The notes beneath the pieces were generated by a model. It saw only the letters and a program-made list of their open reading frames with translations, was not told the origin of the DNA and made no database searches. From assembly GCA_964425075.1 (NCBI GenBank), contig CAYRKM010000001.1, positions 18,756 to 82,755 on the forward strand: a stretch of 64,000 nucleotides of DNA. Direction: 5' to 3'. Shown here in pieces: positions 38,439 through 47,254 of the stretch (its first letter is position 1; every line of letters begins with the position of its first letter). Made by a program: the position numbers and the translations under genes. Source of the stretch: an uncultured Gammaproteobacteria bacterium (GTDB taxonomy: Bacteria; Patescibacteriota; Microgenomatia; Levybacterales; GWA1-39-11).

Positions 38439-39710
38439 CTAAAGGCGAATTATTTCCTCTCGTGAAGGACCAGTGGAAACTGAAGAAACTTTGCATCCGA
38501 TTTGCTTTTCTAATTCTTCAATGTAAGCTTTTGCATTTTTTGGCAGCTTTTCAAATTTCTTTATTCCCTTGGTTGAAGTTTTCCATCCAGGCATTGTTTT
38601 ATAAATGGGGGTAATTTTTGACAAAAATAAGTCATCTCCATCATAATAACTAACTTTTTTCCCGTTTAATTTGTATCCTACGCAAAGCTTAATTTCGGAA
38701 AAATCATCCAAAATATCCAATTTCGTAAGTGCAATGCTTGTTACCCCATTTAGTTTTACCGCAAAACGTACAAGTTCTGCATCAAACCAACCACATCTTC
38801 GGGCTCTTCCCGTTGTGGCGCCATACTCGGCCCCAATTTTTCGAATATTCTCCCCCACCTTACCTGTTAACTCTGTAGGAAATGGTCCTGAACCAACGCG
38901 AGTGATATAAGCTTTTGCAACTCCTATGACCTCGGTTAATTTTTGAGGCGGAATACCTGCGTATGCTGTAACACCGCCAGAAACTATAGTTGATGCAGTG
39001 ACAAATGGGTAGGTTCCCCAATCATTGTCCAAAAGCACAGCCTGTGCTCCTTCAAGAAGAATATTTTTCTTCTTTTCAATTGCGTCAGACAGTATCGGAT
39101 ACGGTTCCTTTATGAAAGGTGCAATTTTCTTTTTAAAACCCTCAAATTCTTTTACTATTGTGTCGGTATCCAATGCTTTTTCCCCCAATGCTTTAAGAAT
39201 TTTATTTTTGACTGTCAGCTGGATAGAAAGTTTGCGCCTAAACTCAGAGGAATTAAGCAAATCGGAAAGACGAATACCATTATAACTAACCTTATCAGCA
39301 TGCACGGGCCCAATTCCTCTACCGGTAGTACCGGTTTTGCCTTTGCCTTTTGCTTCCTCCAAAAGTCTATCAAGAAGCTTGTGATAAGGCATAATTAAGT
39401 GACATCGAGGAGAGATAAAAAATCTATTTTTAAGTGAAATACCTGACTTTTCAAGCATTTCAATTTCTTCTATTAAAGTAGGAAGGTCCAAAACTACACC
39501 ATTGGTTATAAAAGCTGTAACACGTGGCGCGAATATTCCTGAAGGAAGAAGATGCATCTTGAAAGTTCCGAATTCGTTGATAACTGTGTGCCCAGCGTTA
39601 TTTCCTCCTTGAAAACGGACAACAAAATCCGAGGTGGTAGATAGTGTGTCAATAATTTTGCCTTTTCCCTCGTCTCCCCATTGGGTTCCAAGGATGAGTG
39701 TAACTGGCAT
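38439..39710 (-). CDS. purA: adenylosuccinate synthetase
   Basis: 423 aa; GTQWGDEGKGKIID P-loop; GNNAGHTV motif. Confidence 0.9.
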   Translation of the reverse strand: MPVTLILGTQWGDEGKGKIIDTLSTTSDFVVRFQGGNNAGHTVINEFGTFKMHLLPSGIFAPRVTAFITNGVVLDLPTLIEEIEMLEKSGISLKNRFFISPRCHLIMPYHKLLDRLLEEAKGKGKTGTTGRGIGPVHADKVSYNGIRLSDLLNSSEFRRKLSIQLTVKNKILKALGEKALDTDTIVKEFEGFKKKIAPFIKEPYPILSDAIEKKKNILLEGAQAVLLDNDWGTYPFVTASTIVSGGVTAYAGIPPQKLTEVIGVAKAYITRVGSGPFPTELTGKVGENIRKIGAEYGATTGRARRCGWFDAELVRFAVKLNGVTSIALTKLDILDDFSEIKLCVGYKLNGKKVSYYDGDDLFLSKITPIYKTMPGWKTSTKGIKKFEKLPKNAKAYIEELEKQIGCKVSSVSTGPSREEIIRL

Positions 39711-39781
39711 ATTTGAATTTAAATGAAGCCTCAGTGATTGTATAAAGCAAGTTTTAAAAAAACAAGTGGAAAAAGCATTAT

Positions 39782-39817
39782 GCGCCGGGAATCCGCCAAA
39801 TGGCGGAAACCCGGCGC
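39782..39817 (-). terminator. compound hairpin GCGCCGGG-AATCCGCCAAATGGCGGAAA-CCCGGCGC followed (minus strand) by T-rich tract
   Basis: nested perfect inverted repeats 30 nt after stop of island E operon. Confidence 0.5.
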
Positions 39818-39846
39818 TATCGCACCTCCTCGTCGGAAAGGACCAC

Positions 39847-40215
39847 TTACAGGCTTCGCCGTGTGCTCAGCACCCGACCACCAGCAACTACGCCAACGGC
39901 GAGCACAACTAGCACCGCGGCAACCGCCAGGCTGCCAGACTGGTCGATGAGACCAGACGAGCCACCATTGGCTGGTGTCTGAGGCGTCGCGGCTGAAACC
40001 ATCTCCCGACTGCCTTTCAGCAGCCCGGCATTACCCACTTTGGGTGGAGTAATCTTTACCGTCTCTTGCGGTCGTCTCTCGAAAGAGATACTAACCGCCT
40101 GGGGCAACTTATCAGCCTGCTCCTGTTCGTTTTGGGCTCGGACGAAAACACCGAGAACCAACACGAGGGACACCACCATTACAGCGGCTACCATTTCCTT
40201 CTTTCTTGAACGCAT
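39847..40215 (-). CDS. secreted protein with N-terminal signal/TM and C-terminal hydrophobic anchor plus basic tail (island E)
   Basis: 122 aa; GAGGAG RBS; ...SGSLAVAAVLVVLAVGVVAGGRVLSTRRSL C-terminus. Confidence 0.5.
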   Translation of the reverse strand: MRSRKKEMVAAVMVVSLVLVLGVFVRAQNEQEQADKLPQAVSISFERRPQETVKITPPKVGNAGLLKGSREMVSAATPQTPANGGSSGLIDQSGSLAVAAVLVVLAVGVVAGGRVLSTRRSL

Positions 40216-40227
40216 CCCAGACTCCTC

Positions 40228-40401
40228 TCAGAAAATCTTCCTGATGGCAAGACTTATGCTTACCAAAAGGAAGATGGCAAACCCGAGCGGCGGGATAGCC
40301 GGGGAGATAGCGCTCTCGCCAATCCCACTAGAACTGTTTGATAGTGACCACACAAGAGTGGCCACCATGGCCGTCACCGAGACGGCCAACAGTCGAGCCA
40401 T
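40228..40401 (-). CDS. small two-TM membrane protein (57 aa), island E
   Basis: AAAGGAGGTGAA RBS then ATG; MARLLAVSVTAMVATLVWSL...FAIFLLVSISLAIRKIF. Confidence 0.4.
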   Translation of the reverse strand: MARLLAVSVTAMVATLVWSLSNSSSGIGESAISPAIPPLGFAIFLLVSISLAIRKIF

Positions 40402-40457
40402 TTCACCTCCTTTCGGAAAGTAGTGTTACGGCAAGACCGATCGAGCATCCAGTTCTG

Positions 40458-40838
40458 TCACAGCAGTGGTGGTGGTTTCCGTCGAGACTTTCGTCTCGAA
40501 AGAAATGTGGCTACCAGAGCAACCACAACGCCCACTTCGAACAGTATCAGGATGAGCAAAGCCGATACTGGTGGATCTGGTGCATATGTTGAGGCGCGAT
40601 CGTTGAACCACTCGAAGATGAGGATGGCTCCTAACACAAGTAGCACTATCATGGGGGTGGTATAGCGCCCACGATGTGATGCATCTTGTTTCTTGGCTTG
40701 CTGGACATCGTCTGGTTTCCTGACTTGCTGGTAATCCCACCAACTTCTCAGTCCTTCGTCGGGATTGCTCCCGTATCCAGACGTGTGAGCGGCCTCCAGA
40801 ACCTCTGGTGGCCACGTTTCCTTTTCTACGCGAGACAC
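40458..40838 (-). CDS. membrane protein (126 aa, GTG start), island E
   Basis: AGGAGGAAAA-GTG start (VSRVEKETWPP...); two C-terminal TM helices and RRKSRRK tail; longer ORF-track call 40458..40937 lacks an RBS. Confidence 0.45.
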   Translation of the reverse strand: MSRVEKETWPPEVLEAAHTSGYGSNPDEGLRSWWDYQQVRKPDDVQQAKKQDASHRGRYTTPMIVLLVLGAILIFEWFNDRASTYAPDPPVSALLILILFEVGVVVALVATFLSRRKSRRKPPPLL

Positions 40839-40863
40839 TTTTCCTCCTAGGAATTTCGTCCGT

Positions 40864-41079
40864 TTAGTGCGGCCAGCCTGGCCTTGATCCTCTCTGCTCT
40901 CGCAGGAAGGCTTCCACTTCATCCCCCAACCCAACATCGAAGTCGGGCGGAAGGGGCTCGAGCGGTGGGAGTTTTGGCTGAAACAAGATCCGGTGAACCA
41001 TCACCGGACCTATCAACATTACTCCCACAACGATTGCATCGAACACAGTTTGCCGAATCCTTCGTACTAGTCGAGACAC
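40864..41079 (-). CDS. small membrane protein (71 aa, GTG start), island E
   Basis: AGGAGGAACGACA-GTG (VSRLVRRIRQTVFDAIVVGVMLIGPVMV...); upstream perfect palindrome CTGCGGAC-AA-GTCCGCAG. Confidence 0.4.
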   Translation of the reverse strand: MSRLVRRIRQTVFDAIVVGVMLIGPVMVHRILFQPKLPPLEPLPPDFDVGLGDEVEAFLREQRGSRPGWPH

Positions 41080-41297
41080 TGTCGTTCCTCCTGTCCTTTC
41101 CTTCAATTGTTCGTGTGCGATAACTGCGGACAAGTCCGCAGAGAATTTTCAGATCCCCCAACAAGGCAGCTTTTGCCAAGTTCGGTTATCCAATGATGGA
41201 ATAATACCAAAAAATAGCAACAGAAACAAACTATGGGTTAAAAATTTGTGCTTTTTTACTCTTTGTTTTTTTTATTTGAAACAATATGGTATAGTAG

Positions 41298-41729
41298 TTG
41301 GGTATGAAAATGGCAGTATTTCTACTCTTGTCATCACCTCTTCTTATTCCTTTATCCGCTTACGCAACGTCTAACACTAATGTAGAAGTCTCAAATAATG
41401 GTGGTACTTCGTATACAAATGTAGAAATTGAAAATAACACAAGCTCAACAAATGTTGTAACCAATGACTCCAAAACTAAAGTCAGAATTGAGTCAAATGG
41501 GAAAGTCACAGAATATGAATCAGAAAAACCAGAAAATATAGAACTTAAATCAGAAGATGGAAAAACAAGTGTAAAAATAAATAATGAGTCGAAAGTAACC
41601 ACTACACCTTCAAGTACAACATCCGCAAAGGATAACGAAAATGATAAAAAATCAGAAGAAGCAAATAAAGAGGGAAAAAATATTTTAGAAATTATAAAAG
41701 ACTTCCTTGAAAACCTTTTTAATTTCTAA
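41298..41729 (+). CDS. secreted low-complexity repeat protein
   Basis: 143 aa; signal peptide MGMKMAVFLLLSSPLLIPLSAYA; reiterated T/N/S/K/E-rich segments. Confidence 0.5.
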   Translation: MGMKMAVFLLLSSPLLIPLSAYATSNTNVEVSNNGGTSYTNVEIENNTSSTNVVTNDSKTKVRIESNGKVTEYESEKPENIELKSEDGKTSVKINNESKVTTTPSSTTSAKDNENDKKSEEANKEGKNILEIIKDFLENLFNF

Positions 41730-42712
41730 ACTTCCTTTTTTAGTAATTCGGAAAGTCGCGTCATACTTACATCATCATAAATTGAAACCGGCAATATTTC
41801 CTTTTTAGTCTTTGAAAGAGTTTTTATTTGTTTTTTTAGTTCTTCATCAGTCAGTAAATCACACTTTGTAAGCAGAATTATTTCTTTTTTTAAAAGCAAA
41901 CTTTTATCATAGCCTTCGAATTCTTCGCGCACAGTTTTATATGCCTCATATACGTCAGGGGTTGTTGCGTCAATACAATGCAAAAGCATTTTGGTTTTTT
42001 GTATGTGTTTTAGAAATTGAATTCCAAGCCCTTTACCAACTGACGCGCCCTCAACAAGGCCTGGAATATCAGCTAGAACTATTTTATTTTTGCCATTTTT
42101 TGTCTTTGTAGATATTGTGCCCAAATTGGGTTCTAAAGTAGTGAAGGGGTAATTTCCAATTTTTGGGACGGCATTAGTAAGGGTTTTTAGCAAAGAACTT
42201 TTCCCTGCATTTGGAAATCCGATAAGACCAATATCTGCAATAAGACTTAACACAAGATGCAATTCTTTTTCTTCACCTTTTTGGTGAAATAAATTATATT
42301 TTCGCATTGCAAATGTCTCTTCGCTTCTATCGTGATTACCGATCTGTCCCTTTCCACCTCTCGCAATTCTAACTGGTACTTTTTCTTCAAGTAACTCAAC
42401 TGCTTTCTCGTTTGCCGTATCTATAATAGTAGTCCCCAAGGGTACGAGAACAGTTATATCCTCGCCACCTCGCCCATCTAAATTTTTATTCATACCGCGC
42501 TCACCATCTGGCGCTTTTATTAGTTTTTTGAATCTAAATTCATTTAAATCATGGACGTTTGCCGAACCTTCAAAATAAATATCTCCCCCACGGCCACCAT
42601 TTCCACCATCTGTATGTGGATTTTTACTACCGTAATTTGTATGAAATGATTTTCCGCCATCTCCACCGTTTCCGGCTTTTACTTTTATTGTTACATCATC
42701 AACTAAAGACAT
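41726..42712 (-). CDS. obg: GTPase Obg/CgtA
   Basis: 328 aa; glycine-rich Obg fold (AGNGGDGGKSFH...GGNGGRGGDIYF); G domain GFPNAGKSS. Confidence 0.9.
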   Translation of the reverse strand: MSLVDDVTIKVKAGNGGDGGKSFHTNYGSKNPHTDGGNGGRGGDIYFEGSANVHDLNEFRFKKLIKAPDGERGMNKNLDGRGGEDITVLVPLGTTIIDTANEKAVELLEEKVPVRIARGGKGQIGNHDRSEETFAMRKYNLFHQKGEEKELHLVLSLIADIGLIGFPNAGKSSLLKTLTNAVPKIGNYPFTTLEPNLGTISTKTKNGKNKIVLADIPGLVEGASVGKGLGIQFLKHIQKTKMLLHCIDATTPDVYEAYKTVREEFEGYDKSLLLKKEIILLTKCDLLTDEELKKQIKTLSKTKKEILPVSIYDDVSMTRLSELLKKEV

Positions 42713-42742
42713 ATCCTATATTATACCAGAGCCCAATGGGTT

Positions 42743-43387
42743 GTGGTGTTTTTGAGTAAAAATATCTCAAATCAAAATCTTGAATACTTAATTTGGTGTG
42801 GTATATTCATACTTATGAGTGGGCTTAGTAAAGAAACCCTAGACTTTCTAACAAGTGTTGCAAGTCGCCTTGATGAAGGTAGAGAAATATTGCAAGAAGA
42901 ACAATTATCACAAAGGTCTTACGAATTATTAATGCTTTTTTACAAATCCATTAGAACCAGTGAGGCAGTTAGAAACGCTTTTTTTGATGCATTTTTTGTA
43001 AATGCAGATATGTATTTACCATTATCTTTTTCTGTTGATATATCGGGTAATAGATATAATATTTCCTACCAAACACAGTCATCTAATGGTAGCGGACGAC
43101 TTTTCGATACCGCATTGGGGCAACATGGAGCCTCATCTGACAATATATTGGGAAGCGTTACTGCGAGTGTCACAAGAACTAACTTAGTAAATTCTGCTGA
43201 TATCGAAACTGGAGAAATAAGATTTAATGACGGATATATGGGAATAGTGAAAGATCCAACTCCAGTAATTCAGTACACAAAGGGTTATGAACACCCAGAG
43301 ATAAATACCTTAACAGCTGCAAACAATGTCCAAAGACTTTTTGGTGAATTGGGTGCCCCCCCACCCAAATTGCTTGGAATGGGATAG
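42743..43387 (+). CDS. hypothetical protein
   Basis: 214-aa ORF. Confidence 0.45.
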   Translation: MVFLSKNISNQNLEYLIWCGIFILMSGLSKETLDFLTSVASRLDEGREILQEEQLSQRSYELLMLFYKSIRTSEAVRNAFFDAFFVNADMYLPLSFSVDISGNRYNISYQTQSSNGSGRLFDTALGQHGASSDNILGSVTASVTRTNLVNSADIETGEIRFNDGYMGIVKDPTPVIQYTKGYEHPEINTLTAANNVQRLFGELGAPPPKLLGMG

Positions 43388-43447
43388 AGAAATGAGTCCT
43401 GTTGTCAACTATGGAATATAAATAGGGTCAAAAAGTTAAATAATTTT

Positions 43448-44263
43448 CTATGACTTGGGAGATCTCAAATATTTACTATATGCTGCTAACCATTCCTCTT
43501 CAGTTGGTTCCATGTCAGACAATATAATTCTTCCAACAATATTCTCCTCATCATTATCACCAAGTTTATTTGCAATATCGGAGAAAGCAAAAATAATACT
43601 CGATCTATATTCCTCAGGAATAAATTCTAACATTCTGCCATGAAGCGTACCCCTCGGTATAAAAATATTCACAGGCGTATTAACTGGGTCCTCAATTAAT
43701 CTAACAATTTGCTCTATTAATTTCTTGTCACGCAAATCACATAACTCTTGATATTCAAGGTGTTTTCTTTTATATTCAGGCAAACTCATGCGTAGCCTTC
43801 TACCCAGAAACTCTTTAAATTCCCTATCTACTTCAATACCTTCCTCATATATGAGACCAATATTATAACCCTCCGAATTTAACTCATCTATCGCCTGAAA
43901 CTGAGAAACCCTGTATAAGCGTTGGAATCCTTGCCCTTTTTCTACTTTTGTCCGCAAAACTTGCTCCCATTTTTCGACCGAATCTACACCACCATTCACT
44001 CCATACAAACCAACCCAATAATCATGTGTTTGTTGGGCTTCGCTGTAAAAATAATAATCAACAGCGTTTGCAGGATAAAAAGGCTCTTTTGCTTTCGTAG
44101 GTGATGCTTCCGGATCCTCTACTACAACAATATTGGTTTGCCCAGGGACAAAAACGTCTCGCATTAAATCCTTTGTTTCCTGAGTCAATGAAGACGCATT
44201 CTGTAGTTCAATTCCATGCTTTTCAAAGGCAAATGAAAGCCTCGCGTTTTGTTCTAAACTCAT
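43448..44263 (-). CDS. hypothetical protein
   Basis: 271-aa ORF. Confidence 0.5.
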   Translation of the reverse strand: MSLEQNARLSFAFEKHGIELQNASSLTQETKDLMRDVFVPGQTNIVVVEDPEASPTKAKEPFYPANAVDYYFYSEAQQTHDYWVGLYGVNGGVDSVEKWEQVLRTKVEKGQGFQRLYRVSQFQAIDELNSEGYNIGLIYEEGIEVDREFKEFLGRRLRMSLPEYKRKHLEYQELCDLRDKKLIEQIVRLIEDPVNTPVNIFIPRGTLHGRMLEFIPEEYRSSIIFAFSDIANKLGDNDEENIVGRIILSDMEPTEEEWLAAYSKYLRSPKS

Positions 44264-44397
44264 TCCGAAATTATACTAAAAATGAGTTTTTTTATCAACT
44301 ATGGGATGATTGTAGCGTTTATTAAATAAAAAAGAAGCGCAAAACTTCTGGTTCCTTGCTACCTACTACTTTCTACAATCCACCAATTTATTTGAGG

Positions 44398-44751
44398 CTA
44401 ATTTTGAGGCAAACCAAGGTGTTTTTCTACTTTCTTAAGTCTTCTGTGCAATACTGCATCCCCTTCGTCATAATTCTTGGCAATTATGCTCGTCGTTTTC
44501 TCAATTTTATTTACTTTATTTCTAACATCTTTAACGTCCTTACCTGTTTTTTTTACATTTTCTACAACATTATCCATCCGAATCTCAACATTTTTCATTC
44601 TATCGTCAAGCTCGCTTAAATCATTGCTTAATGAGATTTTTGTAAGGCGGATTTGGTCCTCTAAATTTCTAGCAGAATCTCTTACTTCTACTTTAACTTC
44701 TTCCTGAACCACCTTTCTTATCGCTTTTAAATCATCTAATGTAAGTGCCAT
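44398..44751 (-). CDS. coiled-coil hypothetical protein
   Basis: 117 aa from MALTLDDLKAIRK (internal Met of ORF 44398..44925); heptad-like charged repeats. Confidence 0.4.
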   Translation of the reverse strand: MALTLDDLKAIRKVVQEEVKVEVRDSARNLEDQIRLTKISLSNDLSELDDRMKNVEIRMDNVVENVKKTGKDVKDVRNKVNKIEKTTSIIAKNYDEGDAVLHRRLKKVEKHLGLPQN

Positions 44752-44866
44752 AGGATTTATTATTATTGAAAACTTCAGGGGAAATTTCAAGAGAGCAAAC
44801 AATATCAGCGAAGCATGGTATCGAATGGTACCTGACAGGCACTGAGCAACTATGTTTTGGGACTCA

Positions 44867-45472
44867 CTATTTCGGTAATTTGTCCCAAGGGCCAGGATAG
44901 TCTGGAGGATAAGTTCCCATAACAATATCTGTTGGTATGTCCTCTTTATTTATTAATATTTTATTAAAATCATATATCTTAAAATCCCTTTTGCTATCAA
45001 ATATTGCAATCGCAAACCTACTAGGACGTACAAAAAATGTATAATTTTTTGTTTTTGTATCAAATATGTAATTTACTTTTGCGTACTGAGTCATCTCTCT
45101 ATAGTTGGCAGGATCCATTTCTTCTAAGTCTTTGAGTTGTTGTGGGATATTCTTGTTTTCTTTTATCCTTTGTTTAATTTGTGCATGAATAGCGTGAGCA
45201 GGAATGATACCTCGATAAAAAGTACTCATGCTGCAACTAGTTGTTCCAACGATAAAGAAAAAGATTATATAAAAAAGATAGATTACTGCAAATACGGCAG
45301 GTGAGGCAATAAGCATAGTTATAAGCAGGCGCTTCTCTTTTATTCTCTTAATTTGAAAAATGATTATGAGAATAAAGATTAGTATCGGGAAGAATATAAA
45401 TACTCCCAAAACATTTAAATCATTAAGGCAAATATCTAGCACCGACTGTCTTGAAAATGGCATATCATACAT
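44867..45472 (-). CDS. membrane protein, hypothetical
   Basis: 201 aa, two N-terminal TM helices. Confidence 0.45.
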   Translation of the reverse strand: MYDMPFSRQSVLDICLNDLNVLGVFIFFPILIFILIIIFQIKRIKEKRLLITMLIASPAVFAVIYLFYIIFFFIVGTTSCSMSTFYRGIIPAHAIHAQIKQRIKENKNIPQQLKDLEEMDPANYREMTQYAKVNYIFDTKTKNYTFFVRPSRFAIAIFDSKRDFKIYDFNKILINKEDIPTDIVMGTYPPDYPGPWDKLPK

Positions 45473-45563
45473 AGCGAATTATTATAACAAATGATTTAAT
45501 TTCATTTGGGGTGGCTTAGTAAGCTTTGTTTTGGCCTAAATTTACTAAAGGATTAAGATTTTT

Positions 45564-46187
45564 CTATTTTAATATTTCTAGCGTTGAAAGAGTTTTATCT
45601 ACTTCTGTTTGAAACCCAACATTCTGAGGATCATTAACTGATGTCGCGATAACAATCGCATAATTTGATTTCATATCTTTTTGAAGCACATAATAGGTAG
45701 ATTGACCCAAACTACGAATCTTGTAAGTAACACCCGAATAATTATTGAGCATAATATTTTTTGGGGGGGCAATGATTTCTGAAGTTCCATCTGCGGTCAT
45801 CTGCTTAAGATACTCGTCCAACCATTTCTGAAATGTCTTTCCGTTTAAGGAAATTGTTTCAAAAACCATAATTACACCGTCATATATTTCGGTTTGTCCT
45901 TTTTGGGTTGCACCTGTTTTATAAATACGAATATGTTGTTTGTCTTTTGTGTCTAATTTATAATCTGCAGGATAAAGGAAAACATACACTCCTTGAGGAT
46001 CACTATAGCTACTTCCTCCGGCTCTTAAATCACTATTATCAATAGTCGGTTGTGGAGTATTCTCGGCTACCGAGGGAGAAGGAGTATTGTTGGGGTCTAT
46101 AAAGGAATTTTTTATTTTAGGAAAGAAATAAAAAATTCCCAACATAATTATTGCTATCACAATAAACCCTAATTTTGTTATTTTCAT
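45564..46187 (-). CDS. secreted/anchored hypothetical protein
   Basis: 207 aa, N-terminal TM/signal. Confidence 0.5.
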   Translation of the reverse strand: MKITKLGFIVIAIIMLGIFYFFPKIKNSFIDPNNTPSPSVAENTPQPTIDNSDLRAGGSSYSDPQGVYVFLYPADYKLDTKDKQHIRIYKTGATQKGQTEIYDGVIMVFETISLNGKTFQKWLDEYLKQMTADGTSEIIAPPKNIMLNNYSGVTYKIRSLGQSTYYVLQKDMKSNYAIVIATSVNDPQNVGFQTEVDKTLSTLEILK

Positions 46188-46245
46188 AAAGAAAGGATTG
46201 GTATTACCTATAAGTATAAAGGTTTTGTTTTGATGCTGAAAGTTT

Positions 46246-46286
46246 TGGCAGGGCCGGATGGAATCGAACCATCTTCAAAGGTTTTG
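46246..46286 (-). tRNA. 3' exon (positions 35-76, CCA encoded) of a split tRNA-Trp(CCA) gene
   Basis: CAAA-ACCTT-TGAA-GATGG-TTCGATT-CCATC-CGGCCCT-G-CCA; acceptor strand complementary to AGGGCCG in the 5' exon 166 nt upstream. Confidence 0.45.
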
Positions 46287-46302
46287 TCCCAGAAGTATCT
46301 TG

Positions 46303-46373
46303 CAGGGGTATCAGGGCTCGAACCTGAAATGGAGGTTTTGGAGACCTCTGTGATACCATTTCACCATACCCCT
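46303..46373 (-). tRNA. tRNA-Trp (anticodon CCA), intact copy embedded between the two exons of the split copy
   Basis: AGGGGTA-TG-GTGA-AATGGTA-TCAC-A-GAGGT-CTCCAAA-ACCTC-CATT-TCAGG-TTCGAGC-CCTGA-TACCCCT-G. Confidence 0.8.
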
Positions 46374-46452
46374 AAAAATAATGCCTGCTTAGAACTTCGG
46401 GATCCCGTACATCTAAGCAAAACCCTTCAGGTTTTGCAAGATGGTACTGGGA

Positions 46453-46485
46453 GAGACCTCTATTCTACCGGTAAACTACGGCCCT
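46453..46485 (-). tRNA. 5' exon (positions 1-34) of split tRNA-Trp(CCA)
   Basis: AGGGCCG-TA-GTTT-ACCGGTA-GAAT-A-GAGGT-CTC; joined to the 3' exon it reconstitutes anticodon loop CUCCAAA identical to the intact copy. Confidence 0.45.
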
Positions 46486-46546
46486 TTGTGTTATTATCAA
46501 GCTCAATTATATTTCAAAGGGGGATTTAATTCAATTTAAAGGCAAT

Positions 46547-47227
46547 CTAAGTACCCGATGCCGTCATTCTCACATTCATTTCCTTTAATGTATTATCAAA
46601 TGTATCTTTTACTATTTCTTCTGGCAGGTTGGAATTATTGATATTAATCTGTGCGAAAAAATCGTACACTGCCTGAAAATTAAAAGGCCCCATTAATTTT
46701 CTATGTGGAATTACAAGGTCAACCGAAACATACCCGTTTGATTGTGGAGATAAATTAACATAAATACCTTTTCTTGATTGCCTCAATGAAATAGCGCTGG
46801 AGCCAATTTTTTCGATGCTAATTGGCTTTTTCGCCCATTCTTCTTCTGAAAAGAATTCTTTAACCCCAACAATTAATCCATCTACATTTTGATCTGTAAT
46901 AATTTTGGCTGTTATATCTCCATCATTATCGCTGGTCACCCTAAAAACCTCACCACCATTTCTATCCACTACAAAAGTCGTAAAAGTATCACTATCATCA
47001 AAAATTTCCTGTATTTTCAAATCAGAAATTGTCGAACCATCAGGCACAATTCGCTGATCAACACCATTATTTACCAAACTTTCAGAGATTGGAGTTATAT
47101 TATTAGGAGAATTGTTTGGGTCAAAATCGGTATTGATACCTGATATTTTTCTACCTGAATCTGGAAATCTAATAATATTATCTGGTTGAGCTTCATCAGT
47201 CATTTCAAAATCAGTATACCATAGCAT
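46547..47227 (-). CDS. hypothetical protein
   Basis: 226-aa ORF. Confidence 0.5.
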   Translation of the reverse strand: MLWYTDFEMTDEAQPDNIIRFPDSGRKISGINTDFDPNNSPNNITPISESLVNNGVDQRIVPDGSTISDLKIQEIFDDSDTFTTFVVDRNGGEVFRVTSDNDGDITAKIITDQNVDGLIVGVKEFFSEEEWAKKPISIEKIGSSAISLRQSRKGIYVNLSPQSNGYVSVDLVIPHRKLMGPFNFQAVYDFFAQININNSNLPEEIVKDTFDNTLKEMNVRMTASGT

Positions 47228-47254
47228 AAAATTAAGGACATGATATATGAAATC

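Noticed and set aside
39847-40215. PEP-CTERM / PGF-CTERM / LPXTG sorting signal on island E secreted protein
   Set aside because: It has a C-terminal TM plus basic tail, but none of the defining PEP, PGF or LPXTG tripeptide/pentapeptide motifs precede it.
46375-46434. SRP RNA or tmRNA fragment in the tRNA-Trp interval
   Set aside because: The GCTTAGA...TCTAAGC hairpin with T-tract superficially recalls SRP domain IV (AAGCAG), but the conserved GGAA tetraloop and AGCAGCC/GGUCAGG elements are absent. Better explained as a terminator hairpin within the inserted element.
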